Below, one piece after another: positions 61,799 through 64,000 of a DNA stretch of 64,000 bases. Position 1 is the stretch's first letter; each line of letters begins with the position of its first letter. The notes beneath the pieces are model-generated. The model ran no database searches, was not told the origin of the DNA, and saw nothing but the letters and a program-made list of their open reading frames with translations. Position numbers and translations under genes: made by a program. The stretch is from Promethearchaeota archaeon. GTDB lineage: Archaea; Asgardarchaeota; Lokiarchaeia; Sigyniarchaeales; SOKP01. The DNA is taken from assembly GCA_019058295.1 (NCBI GenBank), contig JAHPZI010000030.1, forward strand, positions 32,001 to 96,000. The letters are read 5' to 3'.

Positions 61799-62335
61799 GT
61801 GGTTGAAATGTCTATGGCAAAGAAAAAATTAACCTCCAAGGAAAAAATTGATTTCACTCCTAACCTTATTTTCGCTATTCGAATAAGAGGTGCTCCAGGG
61901 ATGAAAAGAAAGATCTTGGATACGTTAAAAATGCTCAGAATGCATAAAGTAAACCACGGAGTCCTGATATGGGCTGGAAAAAGTTATAATGGAATGTTAA
62001 ATAAATGTAAAGATTATATTGCTTATGGCAAAATTGACGAGAAAACTTTAGTAAGATTATTGAGAGTCAGGGGAAGAGTTGTAGGAAATAAACCACTCAC
62101 AGATGAATATATTAAAAATATAACCGAATATAAAAATATAAAAGATTTTTCTAAAGCTTTGTTAAATGGAAAAATACAATATAACGATAAATATGTGTAT
62201 AAACTTAAACCTGTTTTTAGATTACATCCACCAAGAAAAGGTTATAGAGGATCAATTAAAAAACATTACGCTGAAGGTGGAACTCTTGGCAATGTGGGAG
62301 AATATATTAATGAATTAATTCATAAAATGTTATAA
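61799..62335 (+). CDS. rpl30: 50S ribosomal protein uL30
   Basis: IRIRG, TLKMLR, FRLHPPRKG. Confidence 0.95.
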   Translation: MVEMSMAKKKLTSKEKIDFTPNLIFAIRIRGAPGMKRKILDTLKMLRMHKVNHGVLIWAGKSYNGMLNKCKDYIAYGKIDEKTLVRLLRVRGRVVGNKPLTDEYIKNITEYKNIKDFSKALLNGKIQYNDKYVYKLKPVFRLHPPRKGYRGSIKKHYAEGGTLGNVGEYINELIHKML

Positions 62336-62353
62336 CTAAGAAAGTGAGGAACT

Positions 62354-62818
62354 ATGAGAAAATATCCTAAAAAAATTCAAAAAATGAGAGGCACTCGCAC
62401 ATGTGGCTATGGAAGAGTAGGACAACATAGAAAAACAGGTCAACGCGCGGGGAGAGGTAAAACTACTCAATGGAAAAAAAGTAAAAGATCTTACTACTTA
62501 AAACAGAAAGAGCTAGGATTTCCAGACCCAGATTGGGTTATGGGAAAAACAGGCTTTAAGAGACCTCAGGATATGGTCCGTCTTTCCAAAGTAAATGCTA
62601 TTAATGTTAAGGATCTGGATTATAGGGTTGAAGATATAGCTAAAAAATCAGCTGATACCTATAACATAAATTTAAACGATATTAATATCCAAAAATTATT
62701 AGGTCGGGGGCAAATTAACAAAAAAATTAACGTATCCGTAAACAAAGCCTCTAAAAGGGCAATTGAAAAAATAGAAGCTGCTGGTGGTAAAGTTACGCTT
62801 CTTTCAGAATCGAAATGA
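62354..62818 (+). CDS. rpl15: 50S ribosomal protein uL15
   Basis: RGTRTCGYG, KLLGRG, AIEKIEAAGG. Confidence 0.95.
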   Translation: MRKYPKKIQKMRGTRTCGYGRVGQHRKTGQRAGRGKTTQWKKSKRSYYLKQKELGFPDPDWVMGKTGFKRPQDMVRLSKVNAINVKDLDYRVEDIAKKSADTYNINLNDINIQKLLGRGQINKKINVSVNKASKRAIEKIEAAGGKVTLLSESK

Positions 62819-62875
62819 TTAAAATTTAAAAAATTTCATTACATTTTGTTTATTTCTTTCGATTTAAATTGAAAT

Positions 62876-63514
62876 TCATGATATATCGAGCATTTTATAT
62901 ATCAATTGGATCAACATGGGTAAAATAAAAATAAATCCAAGTGTATTTCCAATTAGATGTATTGTAGTGAATGGCAATCCTATTATATAAACGGGCCAAA
63001 ATGATTCTAAAGTTCCGTAAATCACCAAAGCACCTATCAATGTAGATATAACATCATATGTGAATGTAATAAATGCCCCTGTGATTGCGAATATTATTAA
63101 AACAGGAAGAACATATAAATCTTCATCTGGTTTAAAAAATTTTTTCTTACCTAAGAAATTACACATTATTCCTCCTAAAAATCCTACTAAAGCGTAATGA
63201 ACTAATTGATAAGCAAAAAGCGGTAAAGGAGAAACTCCATATGGATTAAAAAATACAAATATAAATGAGCTCATTAATCCAACAACCACACCGTCTCTTT
63301 TACCCAATATAAAACCAGATAAGAATATCATCAATGTGAACAATTCAATATTCGGAATAAACACTAAAACATAGCCTAAAACAACCGATAAAGCAGTAAA
63401 AATCCCGAGTAACGCAACCCGGAAAGATGTTCTTTCGAGCCAAACTGTTTGACTTGTTTTTTCTTTTTCTTTTGTTATAACATTTTCTGATTTTTCTTTA
63501 GATTTTAAATCCAA
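62876..63514 (-). CDS. ECF transporter S-component
   Basis: ALSVVLG..LVFIPNIE, G...G, FNPYG; six TMs. Confidence 0.8.
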   Translation of the reverse strand: MDLKSKEKSENVITKEKEKTSQTVWLERTSFRVALLGIFTALSVVLGYVLVFIPNIELFTLMIFLSGFILGKRDGVVVGLMSSFIFVFFNPYGVSPLPLFAYQLVHYALVGFLGGIMCNFLGKKKFFKPDEDLYVLPVLIIFAITGAFITFTYDVISTLIGALVIYGTLESFWPVYIIGLPFTTIHLIGNTLGFIFILPMLIQLIYKMLDIS

Positions 63515-63661
63515 AAGCTATCAACCATATGATATTTTTATTATTGTTTTTCAATTTAAATTTTCAAAATATTTTTAATAGATCTAATATTTCTTAATTT
63601 AAAAATTTATAGGAAACTTATCCTACGATAACATACATTTTTGTTAAATAAGGTAAAAAAA

Positions 63662-64000
63662 TTGAGAAAACAGTTCTTATTGATAAGTTTGTTCATCTTT
63701 ACAATGGCAATCGGAGCCATAATTTTTTACTCAACACTCCAAAATAATAGAATTGAAGAAGATACTATATTTTCTTCAAATCACATATCTAAACCTAAAT
63801 CAGCTTCTATTCCTGAGAATTATAGTCAAGATTTAGATTTAGATGGTGTTTACGTATATAATGTTACTGATTTCGGTGGAACTACGAGTTGGCATAATTT
63901 TTCATCTGAAGAACCGCTTTATGGATATGAAGGAGATTGGGCGGCAGAAATTGGTGGGCAAATCAAAATTAATATTACAGGTTTTTATAATGAGGACCCA
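63662..64000 (+). CDS. Secreted/surface protein, truncated by the window end
   Basis: TTG start, MRKQFLLISLFIFTMAIGAIIFY signal-like N-terminus, frame open to 64000. Confidence 0.65.
   Translation, partial: MRKQFLLISLFIFTMAIGAIIFYSTLQNNRIEEDTIFSSNHISKPKSASIPENYSQDLDLDGVYVYNVTDFGGTTSWHNFSSEEPLYGYEGDWAAEIGGQIKINITGFYNEDP

Noticed and set aside
1-64000. CRISPR arrays, transposases, integrases, rRNA, C/D-box sRNAs
   Set aside because: No repeat-spacer arrays, mobile-element motifs or long GC-rich RNA blocks; isolated TGATGA boxes lack paired D boxes

Overview
Low-GC archaeal chromosomal DNA (roughly 30% GC by eye), most consistent with an Asgard archaeon of the Lokiarchaeia type. The evidence is an archaeal ribosomal-protein cluster (S19 to L15, with S4e, L32e, L19e and Rpp29) plus eukaryote-like proteins: Roadblock/LC7, ribophorin-I-like, OSTC/DC2-like, V4R/Bet3-like and longin-like. 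The window is mostly housekeeping: a MoxR operon, F420 biosynthesis, leuS, tpiA, map, glycosylation genes, RNA modification, RecA paralogs and peptidases. I saw no mobile element or CRISPR array. The main finding is a gene the ORF track misses. The Sec61beta/SecG gene (minus strand, 23932-24185) is interrupted by a 32-nt stop-containing, frame-breaking insert. This insert folds into a canonical bulge-helix-bulge (BHB), and the standard tRNA-endonuclease cut sites restore exactly the conserved GAGL-MRFF motif. It is therefore a putative spliced protein-coding intron in an Asgard archaeon. A tRNA-Gln 2.7 kb away carries a 30-nt intron at the non-canonical 48/49 position. L22, S3 and a DUF58 gene appear to start at ATT/ATA codons. 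All family assignments are by-eye motif recognition; no searches were run.
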